Shown one piece after another: positions 27,324 to 41,368 of a stretch of 64,000 nt of DNA. Under the pieces are notes generated by a model. That model did not search any database, was not told the DNA's origin, and saw only the letters and a program-made list of their open reading frames with translations. The DNA is from Rhodosorus marinus CCMP1338. Its lineage: Eukaryota; Plantae; Rhodophyta. The DNA is taken from positions 2,418,001 to 2,482,000 of the forward strand of contig JAMWBK010000003.1 in NCBI GenBank assembly GCA_029953675.1, in the 5' to 3' direction. Both the position numbers and the translations under genes were made by a program. Each line of letters starts with the position of its first letter. Positions within the stretch are counted from its first letter, which is position 1.

Positions 27324-30300
27324 GAACCCTCCGCTCGTCTCAAAGCAGATCCACAAACTTCAAACGCGAGCTGCCAGAGATCTCTTCAATAGCTATCTAA
27401 ACCTTTTACCAACGTCTAGATTTGTCTAGTGCCTGTCACATAGTTCATTAAGCAACCATCCTCATTCGATCACAGCAACATGTCTCCAAAGCCCTAGTTC
27501 TGCCGCGCGATAGTGTCAAGCTCAATGACTGTGGAAGGAACCAGTTCAGAGAAACTCTAGTGGCTTTCATGATACAAGCGGCGCAGAGAAGCAACTGACG
27601 ATCCTCTCGTTCGTCACGACCTCACCTCCAGACGATACGACCGAACACCGACGAAAAGAGGATCGGGTGCTTGCTTGACTTTCTTGAGTGGTGTTCAGGA
27701 GCCCTCACGCTCTCCGGCATTGGTCAAACATGTAGTCAAGCGACTAACTGTCCTCTCATTCACGGTCTGACCGCCGACGATGTGAACCAAACAGAAACAA
27801 AACAGATTCTATGTGTGCTTGCGTTCTTTAGTGATCAGGTTGATCGCAGGCTCTGCGGTATTCTAAGGACAAGTAAATGCCTTCACCAAAGGCTCGTCGT
27901 TCTCATCTGAAAGATTTGCACGCCGCCTTCTAAACCAAAGAGGCAATCGTAAACTAAATGAGATGCGTCTTGCTCGACACGTTTGACTTGTTTGGGGAAA
28001 AACCCAGACTCTTTCGCGCCTATTTTCCTACCCCAAAAGGAAAAGCAAGGGGTCGACAGCCAGTTCATACCCAGACGATCTCTGTCTGTACGGTTTCTCT
28101 CCTACAAGTTCTCTCGATGCTGACATCTTCAGAAGTGAGATCATGAACGAGAATATAGCCAGACCACTAAACTGCTTGACTAGTTTCTTGAACGCGCCGA
28201 CTCTCCTAGGCATGGGGTTGTCCTAAGACCATTGACCTTCCAATGCTACGCTCGTTTCTGACATGTAATGGTTGCATCCTCTCTATCAAAGTCCAGAAGA
28301 GAGTCTCAGAGTAGCGTCGGGTCATGTACGGATCTTGTGATTGAGGCTACGGAAGCGAGCTTTCGACGTGCTTCAATTCCATGTGGGTAAAAAGAATAAG
28401 GCTGGGACGAGGACGGTTGCCCAAACTTTTCATACAACTTGGACGCCTCACAGGATGTGCGTATCAAGTTGTACGGAAAAGCCCTCTAACGAGCAAGAAG
28501 AATAGTTTCAGATACAGCCAAAATCTATCAACAGTCCCAACGATCGCCGCGTTGTTGCTGGCAGAGATCAACAGAAGGTATGAGACTATTCTATTAAAGG
28601 CGTCTGAAGATGCTCAAGGTGCTTTTGAGCGCGGGACTTCCTGTTCATGTTGAATACAGTGTGCGATACTGTGTTTTCTACAAACAAGTCGGTATCCGCC
28701 CTCCGGGTTTCACCACAGAAAACAAGGAGCAGACTTCCTCACCGCGGAAATCGCTGTAGAACGACAACTTTGTCTCGTGAAAGCGCCAGTCTACGAAAAC
28801 GAAACTCAGCGTTCACACAGTGCAGGCTATGCGATCCTCGTAACGAGACGACGTAAATTTGAGTCGACCTCCCTCCTGAGATTCACTTTGGCTTCTTCGA
28901 ACAGCTGGGCATACTGCGCATGGTGGACAATCCCGCTATGACCTGTCATATACATAAAAACGCGATTCTTATACCAACTGGGGCGCTCCGATACCGTTCT
29001 GCTCCTTGCATCCTTAGTCCCTTGAACCCTATCACAGGCGCTGAACCTTGGGCTTGCCTATCACTGACCTGTTGGAGAGAAACGCGTCATCAACGCCGCG
29101 TTCTGAACGAAGCTGCTGGTGGCACAAGGATCAGCTCTAGTCGAAATCATCTAGATAAGCAATCGTGTTGATAAGCTACCACCAGGAACCACGACCATAG
29201 AAGGGCGGACTGTCCACCCCCAGAAAAGCAACAAAAACCATGAAGGGGTCCCACTTCAAACCCTCCAGCCCAGCGAAAGCCCAGAAAGAAAACGAAGGGA
29301 CAAAAGCGGCAGAAAATTACTGTCCACGGGACATGAAAGCTCCATCGAAACCTCTTCCCAATCAACTAGCGTTGAATCCTGTCAAAGTCCCAATGACTAC
29401 TTCTGGACCAGAACACTCGAAGGGGAAAAAAGGGTCCTTACAAGACCTATCTGATCCAATTCATTGTTCTCAAACAATTCTGAGATTATTGCGTGGTACA
29501 GTTCCACATAAATGCATGGTTCTTACGCGCTCTACCTCACCTTCATCGATTCCCTAGGCGCTCAGTCAGAAAAAAAACTCGCCGTTAAAAAATATAAAGC
29601 AAATCAATCAAAATACTGGAAATTTGATTCAAAAACTTGATAAGCAAATATCAGTTGAAAACCAAATGCCGTTTTCTGAAGCAATTCCGCTAAGCACAGC
29701 GGGTGAACAATATGGTTTATGCTTTTCCCGTGTCCTCTGTATCCTATCTCATCTTCGTGGAAGGTAGGGGAATGAAAATAGCTTCATTCACTGTCTTATG
29801 CATCTAGGACATGTCTCGGAGTATTCCTGAGGAAGCTGATTCTGATGCTGCGAAGCTGCTGGCTGAACAAACGTCTGTATGATTGATCGCTCCAAACGTT
29901 GACCTGCAGCGTCAATTGGACGGGTTTCATAAGCCTAGCGATTTTTTAATTGGGATGGGGAAAGAGATCCTGATAAAGGAGCAGATTGGAGGGGTCATGC
30001 CGCGGAGGCCCCGCCATGGCAGTCGTGTTTGCGTCTCCCTTGGGAAGTCTCCAAGCGGAAAAAAATAAGTACTGTTGAGTGAGAACTGGTGTTGGTTGTA
30101 TACTACTTGGGTAGGAACGTATTTGAAAGTCTCTCGGGTGCTGGGACTATAGGGCCCTTACAAGAGTTCGGCGTTTCGTCCAGTTTTCTTGCTGTACGAC
30201 GGATTGCCGGGAGCTTGGCAGCACATTATGGCATCATCAATGCGCAAGAAGCTTTTTGCCATTTTTCGCTTGTTTAGGAGGTAGTTGGAGCTTCCTCTTC

Positions 30301-31858
30301 ATCATTTCATTGCAGTCCATAACCCAATTTATTGAGAAGTGAAGCTGGTGCTCAGTGCAGTAGGGTATGGTTGCTTCGGAAACTGGCAATACGAATCTCG
30401 TTTTTGAAGGGCTGTTTAAAAGACCACGACGTTTCGGCGTGGAGAGACTTCTGAGTAGAGAAAGTTTTGCTTAAGAGGCCTTAAGACGCGTGTGCAGCCA
30501 ATTTGCCAGTACCAGCAGCTGGATCTCCGTTGGCGCTCGGATACAGGACTGGATCCTTAGGCAAGAACCACCTTTTTAGATTTGAGAATGTTGAAGGAGA
30601 TTAAATGGAAGAAACCTATCTCCGTGGGATGGAAACTTGAGTCAGAGTGCGTGGCCCAATGGCTTCCTTCAGCTCGCTGGAGGACCTAACGCAGCTAGAT
30701 ATTGGCGAGAACGATTATATCGCTGCTCCATATACTCCTCTCAGCTGGCAAACAACTACGACGAGCACACGTGGGCACGTGTATTCGCCTTGGTGGAACC
30801 GCATTATTTATAGTCAAATAGCCGGGCACCATCAACCATTAATGGAAGTGACTCGTGGTGCTAATCAAGTTTGTTCTTCAGTACTTAACATCCTCTCTGC
30901 GGTAGGGACATACCAGGTGACCACTACAGCGCAATCAGACTTGAAGAAAGCGTCGCTTCCTCCTGTACTAGACTGCCCAAAAGCTAGCGGATTCTCTCAA
31001 CGTCTGCTTAAAGGGCCGTCGGAGGTTGTAGGGTTCTAGTGAAGCAAAACGGTTAGAGAAGAGCTTTCTACGACATATTCATGTCTCGTTCTCTCATCGA
31101 GGCGCATAATCTAAACGCCTGACCTTTCAGACAGGAACACCTTAAAACGCATTTGCCCATATTGGGGACGGAACCCTTCAACGTCTGGTTGCAGCCACGA
31201 AGAGCGTCCTCACGAACCAAATGGATGGGGAAGACTTTTTCTACGACAGGCCTTACCTCTTGCTATCTCCTCCAAGCTGAGAAACCTGTCAGCTATATCA
31301 CAAGAATAAAAGAAGGAAAAGCGCATTTGTCCATATTGTGATGGACTCCAACCGTCCCCACAGCGGCGGAGCACGGTTGCTGATGAATCAGATGGATCGC
31401 ATAGAGTCTTCTACCCCATAGCAATGGTTGGCGTGATCTTTCATCTAAGCAGAGGTCCATGAAAGACTGATCTTTCACTCGGCAAAAGCTCCACAAGACG
31501 GTTTTGCTTATGGGCACATCCGGACGACGCCCGACCGTCCAGGCTGGCCCGTCGGCGATGTCCGTTAAATAGACTTCCAAAAAGTCTGGCGTTGTCATCA
31601 ACGAGCTTTGGGAGCGGGAGAGACACTTTTGTAGGCATTTCATCGCACCTTCTTGCTCAATTTCTGGACTTGTTTATTGCTTTGATTTTTCTGTTTGAAC
31701 AAGAAGCATGGACTACAAGGACAGAGCTTGGATCAGGTCGTGAGCCACAAAGACGTGAGGGAAGTTCCGGAGGGGGTGGGGGCTGAGTAGTGTTTGTAGG
31801 TTTGCAAGAAGAAGGAAAAGAAGGTTTTACAGACACTCTTTGAGAGCAAATAGCGAAA

Positions 31859-33838
31859 ATGGATTTTGTTGGTTATGAAGTTGGAAGCAAGGAAACTTAC
31901 TGGCTTGATGCGACTACAGAAGAGCCTGTTCAGTTGTCTAATGTAGGTTTCTTTTTGGAGGGTTAAGACCATTTTGAAACGACGCTTTCGCCTTGATTCG
32001 AGTGTGGTCGTTTTAATGATTCTTTGAAAGCTTTGATTGAGCGTGTTCTAAAGAGTCTGGTGTGAAGAGGATCTAATTCAACGAAAAAGTCTAACGTTTC
32101 CGTTTGCTCCGGAATCTGCTCAGATCTGCCTCAAGTCAGGAGGCATAGCCGGAGAACCTCTCGTACTGGAGATGAAGGAACGCGATACTGATCGAACAGC
32201 TATAATATGTGTTTTAAGGCCTGGGGTACAAGAAAATGTAAGAACTCATCCGACGCCGAGCTTTGGTTTCCTTCCTTTCCGTGTTCGATCCAAACGTCTT
32301 CATTGAAACAGAGTCGCGTCACGATGACTGAGCTATAGTTAGCTATCTTGTTTTTGAAAGCCAACTGAAGAAGCTGCTGTCTGTGTTTTTGTCTTTTGTC
32401 GTTAAGATCAAACTCAACCTTCTCATTCAAAAGGCGTATGGATTGACGCTTGCTGGCGGGACGAAAGCTAAGGTGCAGGTTGCTGGCTACAAGTTGACTT
32501 TGGAGGATCAGTTGTACGATGATGAGGACGAGGAGGACTTGCTCGAGGACGAAAACGACGAGGGATCTGAAGAGGAGGAAGGAGATTCTGATAGCGACGA
32601 AGAGGATGACGAGGACTCTGAAGAAGAAGATGATGATGAGGGTGCGAAAGCAATTCGAGAAAAGTACGAGAAAAAGTTGGCCAAGCTTGAGAAGATAGAG
32701 AAAGAACTTACCGCCGCTTCAGAAGGAAAGGGAAAGTCTGGAGCTGATACTCGAAAGAGAAAAGGTAGGCGTCGTCGTTAAGCATTCTGTTTGCATGGCA
32801 TCCGCGGACGGATATAAAAACGCGCGAATGGGCGTCTCCAGCTTACCAAAGCCTTGGCTTGCTCGGACGAACTTAGGAGCGGACACTCAGGCGTCACCAG
32901 AGAACGAGAACGAAGCCAACGACGAGGGATCTGAAGAGGAAAAAAAAGAAGGAGATTCTGACAGCGAAGAGGACGATGACGAGGAATACGAAGAAGAAGA
33001 AGATGATGAGCATGCGAAAGCAATTCGAAAAAAGTCCGAGAAAAAGTTGGCCAAGCTTGAGAAGATCGAGAAGGAACTTGCCGCCGAGTCAGAGGGAAAA
33101 GGAAAGTCTGAAGCGGATACTCGAAAGAGAAAAGGTGGGCGCGTTGTCAAGCATTCGATCTCGATTTGTGTGGGGTTACAGATACAAAGCGCGCGAATAG
33201 GCATCTTGAGCTTACCAAAGCCTTTGTTTGCTTCGGACGAACTTAGGAGCCGAAACTCAGGCGTCACCGGAGAACAAGAATGCCGCTAAGAGTCCCAAAC
33301 CTGGCAAGGTGAGGGAACTTCCGTATGGGCTTAAGATTCAAGAACTTCTTATTGGAACTGGTCCGAGAGCGAGACATGGGCATCACGTGAGTTCGACCAG
33401 CCAGCGTCTACTGTCTTCATGACCTCGGCGCCGATACTCGTCACATGATCAACTCAAGGTCGCGGCATTCCCCGGCATTCGAATGCCAAAAAAATAGGTC
33501 TCGTGTCACTACACTCTGCGATTGGAAAACGGGAAGAAGATCGATTCAAGCGGAAAAAAACCTTTCCGCTTCCGTCTTGGTGTTGGGGAGGTCATAAAAG
33601 GCTGGGATAACGGACTCTCAGGCATGAGAGTAGGTGGCGAACGCCACATTATCGTTCCCTCACGACTTGGTAGGAAAAACAGTTCACTTCACTATATTAC
33701 AAAACCGACGCCTGTTTTGGGTACTGATGGATGTCTTTATCCCCGGTTTATCCATTAGGTTACGGGTCAAAGAGCATGGGACAGATACCCAGGAACTCCA
33801 CTCTGTATTTTGATGTAAAGCTTGTGGATGCGCAATGA
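31859..33838 (+). CDS. Nucleolar FKBP-type PPIase/histone chaperone (FKBP53/Fpr3/Fpr4-like: nucleoplasmin-like domain, acidic tracts, FKBP); exons 31859-31942, 32124-32237, 32407-32764, 32877-33134, 33247-33386, 33498-33669, 33759-33838
   Basis: N-terminal MDFVGYEV...KVQVAGY, D/E tracts, and C-terminal [38 protein letters not shown]...[13 protein letters not shown]. All junctions are frame-consistent. Confidence 0.92.
32554..33283 (+). repeat. Intragenic tandem duplication, period about 364-370 bp, including a 112-nt intron in each copy
   Basis: aaaaagttggccaagcttgagaagat at 32671 and 33041; cggacgaacttaggagc at 32864 and 33234. Introns are 32765-32876 and 33135-33246. Confidence 0.95.
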
Positions 33839-34524
33839 CAACTCTCGGGAAAGGGGAAGAACGCCGTTTCAAATGTGGTGAGCATGGGGCTGGGGAATGG
33901 ATCAAGTCAGCTTCAAGGCTCCTGTGGAGGCAGTTGACTCCGTCGGGGACGTGGTCGCGATGAGCTTGACATGCTACTTATTTCTTTTCGGTATGCTTTT
34001 TATCAGTTTTGGGAATTCGGAAAACGAACAAAAGGAAAGAGAAGACGAAGCCCGTTGTCCGGTTGGACATTAATAAGCTTTTCGTGGGCTGGAGTGCTGT
34101 TGGATCGCAGGGCAATAAATAACGATTGCAACAAGTCAATTTTCTGCGGAGCACGAGCATTGCTATACCTTTTAACGCAACAGCGTCTCCTGAACGCGGT
34201 AACGATTTTTCTGTTTGGTGGATTTCACATCAGCGCGACTGATCCGGGTGACAGTCCGATTCCGTTGACAGACGCTCTCCCGGTTGATTCCGATAGCGAC
34301 TCCAACTCGCGAAAAATTAAGTGTTGGCAAACTTCTGCCGAAATCACGTCGCAACTGTGACCTCGGGAAGGCATCGGTGACAGCCGTGCAACGCACACAC
34401 GGGGATGTCTTCCAACCACAACAGCGTACACACAAGCCGCTTCCCTCCGCTCGTTGCCTGCCTCACAAGGACGATTCCGTGTCCCTCACGGATTTCAAAG
34501 CTCTGCTAAAGGACCGGTGCTCAG

Positions 34525-35971
34525 CTACGAGATCTTCAGGACGTAGAAAGCACCATTTGACGACATCGCCGCAAGGGTTTCCATCGACAACGACACACCA
34601 ACCCAGGGCGAATCGCCACGAAATCCGTATAATCTCCTCGGCGACCTCGCCAATGCTCCGGAGACCATCTGCGGGGCTTTCAACTGGTCTCTCAACTCTG
34701 CAGCTGCTCCCGTTTTCTTCCTCGAATTTCGGTGGGCCTCTCCCCATGTGCCCGCGGCGATCTCATTGTCCACCCCGGCGACGAAACACGTCCTCTGATC
34801 TGAATGCAGGGACACCCAACGACAAGCGTATTTGAGGCTATTACTCCACTGTCCAAGAATTCTATGCATTCGGACATCAAAGACTCGTACAACCCGGTCG
34901 GTGCCCCCAACAGCTAGCAGGTGGTCTAGCGAGTGCATGGAGTAGATCCTTCCCGGTCCGACTGGTTTCCGAACGGTGCATCCACCAGCCTCCGCCATGC
35001 GCAGATCCTGTTGCAGGGGGTGGGACAAAAGTCGGATTATGAGGATGAGAAGGTGATCCGCTATGGATGAAAATTATCTTTCCCATCGAGGGGCTCACCC
35101 ACAAACCAAAGCCATAGCCTTCGGCGATCGCGAGACGCTGATCATCAACGAAAGAGATCGCCGTCGGCCCAGCTCCAATGTGAAACGTTCTGACAGAAAT
35201 ATCCCTATCGTAGGCCGAGACGTCCTTGAAGAAGTAACGAGCGCAAGCGATCATCGACACGGATCCAGTTCGCTTGTCAAGAGCAATTCCAGAGTAGCCC
35301 GGTTCACCGTACTCGAAGCGGGACGGTCGTAAGGCATACGAGCTCTGAATTTTCACTTGAGAAGAGTCTGAACTGCTCTCAAGTAGACCGACAACGACGT
35401 TGCCGAAACTGTCTGAACACGCCAGTCGACCAGGCTGAGCAGCAACCGTCACAATGTCAGAACGGAGGGTTGACAGCTCCGGGATGACTCTAGAATGGAC
35501 TGACAACCCGATTCCGTTAGGGGCAATGAAATCCTCGGAGGCATCTAGTGCTTCGCTAGCGGAAGATTCCTAACACATCGACGAAATACCTTTTCCACGT
35601 CAAACACAAGTCCATTTCCTACCAGCGTCAAAGGGTCTATGCGAGGTAGGGTGAGCTGGCGTGTTCTTTGCGTCGCATACGAGCCTTTGTCTCTTCGAGG
35701 ACCATACAGCCTTGATTTCGATCACGCTGTGGCCCTCAGCGGCGAAGAATATGTTTTGGTTTGCGAGTGAGGCAAGTCGGTTCCCGTTGATCCATCTATG
35801 ACCATCAAAAGAGCAGCCATGGTGGTGATTTGAGTTTGAACGCTGACGACGCCTATCAGCTGCTCTGAGAACGGACGGGACTTACCCACTACGCAGAGGA
35901 GGCGAGAGGATTGGAGTCTCGAGCTTTTCCCTCCAAAGTTGCGGGTTGGTTTTCACAGCACTTGACGCCAT
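34525..35971 (-). CDS. WD40-like beta-propeller protein (exons 35971-35886, 35852-35708, 35569-35099, 35007-34525)
   Basis: Spliced frame with LLAVGGTDRVVRVFDVR and a C-terminal GFRGDSPWVG. The last two exons are solid; the first exon needs a 33-nt intron. Confidence 0.75.
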
Positions 35972-37351
35972 CCTACATGAACAAAATCCTTTAAACACTT
36001 AACAAAAATCGTCCGAACACTTCACAGAATCAAAGCGGGAGAACGATCGCGAATCTCTCGAGGCCTCCCGAGGATACAGTTGCTGGTAGCCCACCTACGC
36101 CGGAAGCTGTTGTCGAACAAAGTTCACCAGCTCAAGCCGCGCTCATCTTTCGAGCCCTTTACTGCAAGCATGAAAACCGTCGCGATCGCCGTCTCATGCC
36201 CCTGCTCGCTCCCCCAAAATCTCACGCGTCCCGTGGATCGTTGATGCTCGTTGACAGTGTTCATTGAGTTCGGCCTACTCGGGTAGCGGTACAGAAGACC
36301 GAAAACTCTTGGTTAGTGATGCTCAACTCTTGGCAAGGTTTCCAAATAAGCTCAATAGGTCGTTGTCGGATCATAGATCGTTCTTAGACGAGATCGTCGC
36401 CACCGAGCCAGGTCACTGGCACGGCATTCGGTGATCGCTGTTTTGGGATCACAGAATGCCGTGAGGAATGTGCAAAGAGCTTCTCATGCTTCTGGTTTTA
36501 TTGAGTAGGATCTGCAGATCTGGATCAAGTGGCTTCCGGATGCTTCACCTCCTCGACCAGACAAGCCGATCACGTCGGAGCAGACTTCTGAAACCATGAC
36601 GAAGACAACAAAGCTAGCTAGTCAGGGACTTCTGGCCTTGACCTTCTAGAAAGTGAGCAAACCGACCATCCCGGAGGTCATAAGGATGGTAGGTTTGTTC
36701 CAGCAAAGCCTCTGTCCTCTTCACTCCTTTGCGTCTCTAGTGACTTGAGTATTTCTGTTTCCTCTCTGGTCAGGCGGAAGTTAAGTGGTTTGGACAATGT
36801 GCCCATTCCTGGGAAGAGCCGAAAACACGCCCTATCCACAAGTAGCAAGTTGATCTGGTCTGGATTGCGAATAAGTCGTCTGAAACTTTCGACTGACGAT
36901 TCCGAGCTGGAAGGCGAGGACTGTCACACAACCAGGACCATGAGAAGCTGGAGACAGTCATGGAGGATGAACGGGCGGCTCAAGAATCTCGGAACACTTG
37001 GAGCAAATGGTTAGTGTACCCGAACACGTCCTTCCAATTCGAGGTTCTCGACTGGAGCCTTCACGGGGTCCCAGTCCGTATCCCCTTTGCCCTAAATGAG
37101 TCCCTTGATCACATAGAAGAAACCTTGCTTTTATTTTCTTTTACACCCTGAATACTGGACAGCGATAGCCTTCAGTCTATAGAGGCAACCTCCTTCGAGG
37201 CCAGACAATCGTCACCGAAAAAGCCCTGCTACCGTATTCTACTTCTATGTGTTATTGTGTGCAACAAACAAGGATTTTACCAGTCTCACAACGAAAATTG
37301 CTTCTAAGAGTTCCAGCCCGCTGGTACGTACAATTCCTCCTGTGAAATGCT

Positions 37352-38546
37352 TCAGAAAACCTTCGGGAACAGTTTGAAAGGAACGTTCTGCTGGTAATCA
37401 GTGTAGTCATCGCCGTATTTCTCCTCAAGGAATTCCTCTTCGACCTGAATCTTCCTCGTGAAGAAATACGCAAGCGCAGCAGCGAGCGCTATTCGCGCCG
37501 GCGATCCAGTGGCCACGGCATAGCCGAGAGTCGAGATGAGAACACCAGAATAGATCGGATGTCTCACTTTCCCATAAATACCGTCTGTCCTCAGCTCACT
37601 ATCTGGTGTTGGCTTCGGCCAGATGGAAAGCTGTCCAACGCCAAGGTCAACCACGCCTGTTCCATCGAAGATTAGCCATGTTAGTTCTACTCGACGAGTA
37701 CAAACCACTCAGACGAGAGGAATCTCAGCCTTTTGGAATCGGCGATGATTCGCAATCATCGGCTGAGGCTGTACCGCAATGGTAGCAATGTTAAAGTCAT
37801 TGAAAGTTGCTTACTCTTGACACACACGAATGCACCGCTGAAAAGAAGAATTGGGCCGAACATGAACGTCACCAATCCGTCAAGTCCAGCCTGTGGCCGA
37901 AGCAGGAGCAGGGCCAAGCCTAGCTGCAGGAAGCCGTAAGTTTCTCCGCGCTGCAACCAATCACCAGAGAGGAAGTTGTTCAACAACGTCTTGGAACTGT
38001 CTGTTGCTGCATCTCCAAGCTGATCAACATCAATATTCTTGATGTTCACAAGTGACTCGTCGAACTTTGACTGGAGCCTCTCCACCAAATCGCTGAATTT
38101 CGCGTGAACAAAAGCATGAAAAGATCAGCGCAAGTCCAATAGCACGAGTAACGTAGAATCCAAACAATTGAGAGGCGTTAACAGTGTAGTCTAGACTTAC
38201 GAGCCGGTGGTGAACTGCTCAGACTTGTACTCTGGAGTACCAGCGACGTCTTCGGTCTGAGCCTCCTCAATATCAAGCTTGGACTTGCTTTCCTCAGCCG
38301 CCTTGCTCTCAGCCATCGCGCGGACAACCTGTTTCGGAAGGGCACGTGTTAAGCAAAACTCAAAGCTTTCCTCCAGATCCCATCAATATCATGAAGCCCG
38401 TCCGCACAACACTTAATAAACTCATTCCTCCGCCATAAAGAGGGCTAACGTACCTGTCTCCTCAGGGAAACCCTCGCAGATCTACTCGATACGGCACTTC
38501 CGACCCTCCCGGATCTAACTCCAAATGTCCCCACAAAACCAACCAT
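37352..38546 (-). CDS. ICMT/PEMT-family membrane methyltransferase, predicted plastid-targeted (exons 38546-38454, 38328-38201, 38092-37815, 37656-37352)
   Basis: LRTDGIYGKVRHPIYSG and EEEFLEEKYGDDYTDYQQNVP motifs, hydrophobic helices, and an R/S-rich MVGFVG leader. Confidence 0.85.
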
Positions 38547-41368
38547 TTTTGATCACAGAATACTTCCGATCTACTAACTTCTACAAATACAAACTTCACA
38601 AACTGCTAATCGCTCACCTGCCCCGCCCACTAAAGCACATACACACACAAACTCAATCCTTTCTCAACCAAACCAAAACCAGCAAGCCTCCTTCCCTCCA
38701 CCCCTCACCACCAACAACACCTGTCATAAAAAGCCCTCCTTCCTCGAAAGAGCTTCTTTAAAACTCCTTAAACAGAAAACAAAACAAAAAAGACAGGTAA
38801 AAAGCTCCCCAGTTTGATATCGTATCCCTCACTTTGCCATCAATATCGGCCGGCAACGGAACGAGAAAATGAAACCCTGCTCTCATCTTCCCCCCCAACC
38901 CAGCGGGCCGCGCCTCTTCTTTCACCCAGTCCCTAGTGAATCCCCCGCCCATTTTGAAAACACATTTACAAATAGAAAAAATCCCGACTCAACTGAACCT
39001 AGATTTTACAACCCCTAAAACAACCTCCTACCTCATTTAAACTATTTAAAACTAACCAACCCCTCTACTAGAACACAACAAGACGACTTTCGGCCAAGCT
39101 TCCTTCCCTACCCCCTGTATCTAAGTTGCCATATCAATGATTGCATTTCGTTATTAACTCGAAAAACAAATTATTGCTGATTGAATTTCGCGAGTGATGA
39201 AGGTTTATCACCCCTTTGGATTCATTTATTTTACGAAGACGTTGAGCGGGTATCCACCCACCTTCCTTTTTGATTTCGTCCCAGGCCATTGTGATTATCA
39301 ATCACAACACACGGGACTTTCCCCCTATCGGCCTCTACCACCACGTTGTTGATTCGATTTTACATTGGGAACAATCCAAGAACCCCTTTCCCCTTTCCCC
39401 CTCTTTTTCCTCTTTAAAAAAATTTGGCTCAAAGCTATTTTGACGCCACTAGATAAATTCCAAGAATTTGGGGTTTTAAATATATTTGAAATTTTTCAAA
39501 AAGTGTATCTCTCTCTGTGCCCGATCCCAGTGCTGAAATATCTCTCAACTGCGTATCCTTGTATTTTGTCCTAAAATTCAATACCTGGACCATATCACAA
39601 AATTTATATTTTATATATATTCCTTTCTTGCACAGAGGGGGTTGTTTTCGAAGCTTCTTGTTTTTTAAAACTTCCGAACGATACAATTTATTTTTATTTT
39701 TCCGGTCAGTTTTTCCTTATATTGCGTTCAATTTGGGCTGGGAGGCGTTGATTAAGGTGCAATCTCCTTGGAAAGGGGGAGGGTGGGTGGCTGGAGAGCT
39801 TCTCAAGGCGCCTCTGTCGCTGCCCCCCCTTCCTCTGTTGTCTGTATCCTCATTTTTTTAAAATTGTATTAGGAAATGTTGTGAGTCTTTTCTTGGGTGG
39901 GGGGAGATTTGTTGAGCAGGGAGAGGCGAGAGGGGGAAGAGAAGGGGGAAGGGGGGGGGGTGGCGGATGAGAGCGAATCGCAGGACTGAGGATTGGATTG
40001 GGACGGTGGTTGTCGCGGGGAAAGGTGGCTGTCCACACTCTTTGTAGATCAGGCACGTGCGCGGATCAGTGCAGCCGACTTGTCGGAGAAGGTTTTTGGA
40101 CCTGCAGCCGGAGGAATCGGCTGTTCAGAGGTATTGAACATGACACTTGTTGTGGTCTCCTAATTTCTGAGAAGGGCCTGGAATCTCACTGGCCGCGGGA
40201 AACACAGCCCTGTTCAGTCGCTCTTCTAAACCCCGGCAGTGGAAGCGAAACAATTGCGTACCGCAGAGCGCTGAGTCGCTGCGAACCAAAACTCTGCTCG
40301 CATGTGTCTTTCCTGGACCTCCTTGAGAAGAGGGAACATCGCTTCTAGAGTAATCGGCGAGAACACCTTGATTGTGTACGACGTTTTACGGATCTAGCGT
40401 ATCCTTGTGTAGCAGGTTGTACTAACAGCTCTGTTTCACATGTCGCCTCCTTCGCTTTGAACTCGAAATGATGGTCTCTCCATCTAAGCTGATACTAACC
40501 TCGCTGCTTCTCTTCCACGTATGGAAGTATCTTCTGCAAATCAGCGATTTAGCAGCGTAAGAAACACGTGCGTCGTAGAGTCCAGAAACCGAAGGTCCAT
40601 CTGCTGAAGAATGGAGACGAGCGGCAGCAGGAAAACTAGGTTCTTTGCGAGAAAACCAGACGAGGGCCCTACCCTCCACGGACAGGGCTCCGAAGTCAGC
40701 GAGAATTCTGACATTGAGGATGACCCTGAAAGTCAAGTGAATCTCAACCATCTCCCGTCTCCACTGATTCTGACCCTTCGTAAATCCTTTACTGCACTCA
40801 GAAATTCGAGCAGTTCCAGCCAACATGCAGTATTAGTTATATACCAGATTTCCTATTTGTTCTCCATTTATATAAAAATTCCAGGCTATATTGGTCCGCA
40901 ATACCTAAAAATCACCTAAATTAGCATGTTAAGAGCGATCATCTGCATCTGCAAAAACAAGTATTTTTTTGAAGTTGAGACGAGATCCAGCAAGCACAAA
41001 GAGGGCTCATGAACAGGCTGAGCACTTTCGGGCGACTTTTTGCTAAGGCTAGAAGAATGCACAGAGTTGGAATCCTGGCCCCCGCATCGTACAGAGGACG
41101 CATGTTGTAGTCAAAGCTGTGCGAAAACGGTGGGTTCGTTCTCTCCGCTTCCCACATGATTCAACCGTTGTTCTCCCGTCCAGTTGATTTCCCCCCCTTC
41201 GCCTTGCAGGAAAGACTTGCCGTCCGACGTCGGACGGAAGCTTGACTGTGCTCTTTGTTCAGCCCTTTGCTTGCCCTGCACTTCTTCGTGAACGTGATCC
41301 GACGCAACTGGTCGCTCGCATAGAATCTAGTTTTCTGTACAATCGCTACCAAGCTATACATGAGTACC

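Noticed and set aside
34284-34835. 183-aa + strand ORF
   Set aside because: Largely antisense to the last exon of the WD40-like gene; no motif.
38758-38952. Short ATG ORF upstream of the methyltransferase gene
   Set aside because: Lies within the skewed leader; I found no compatible downstream exon.
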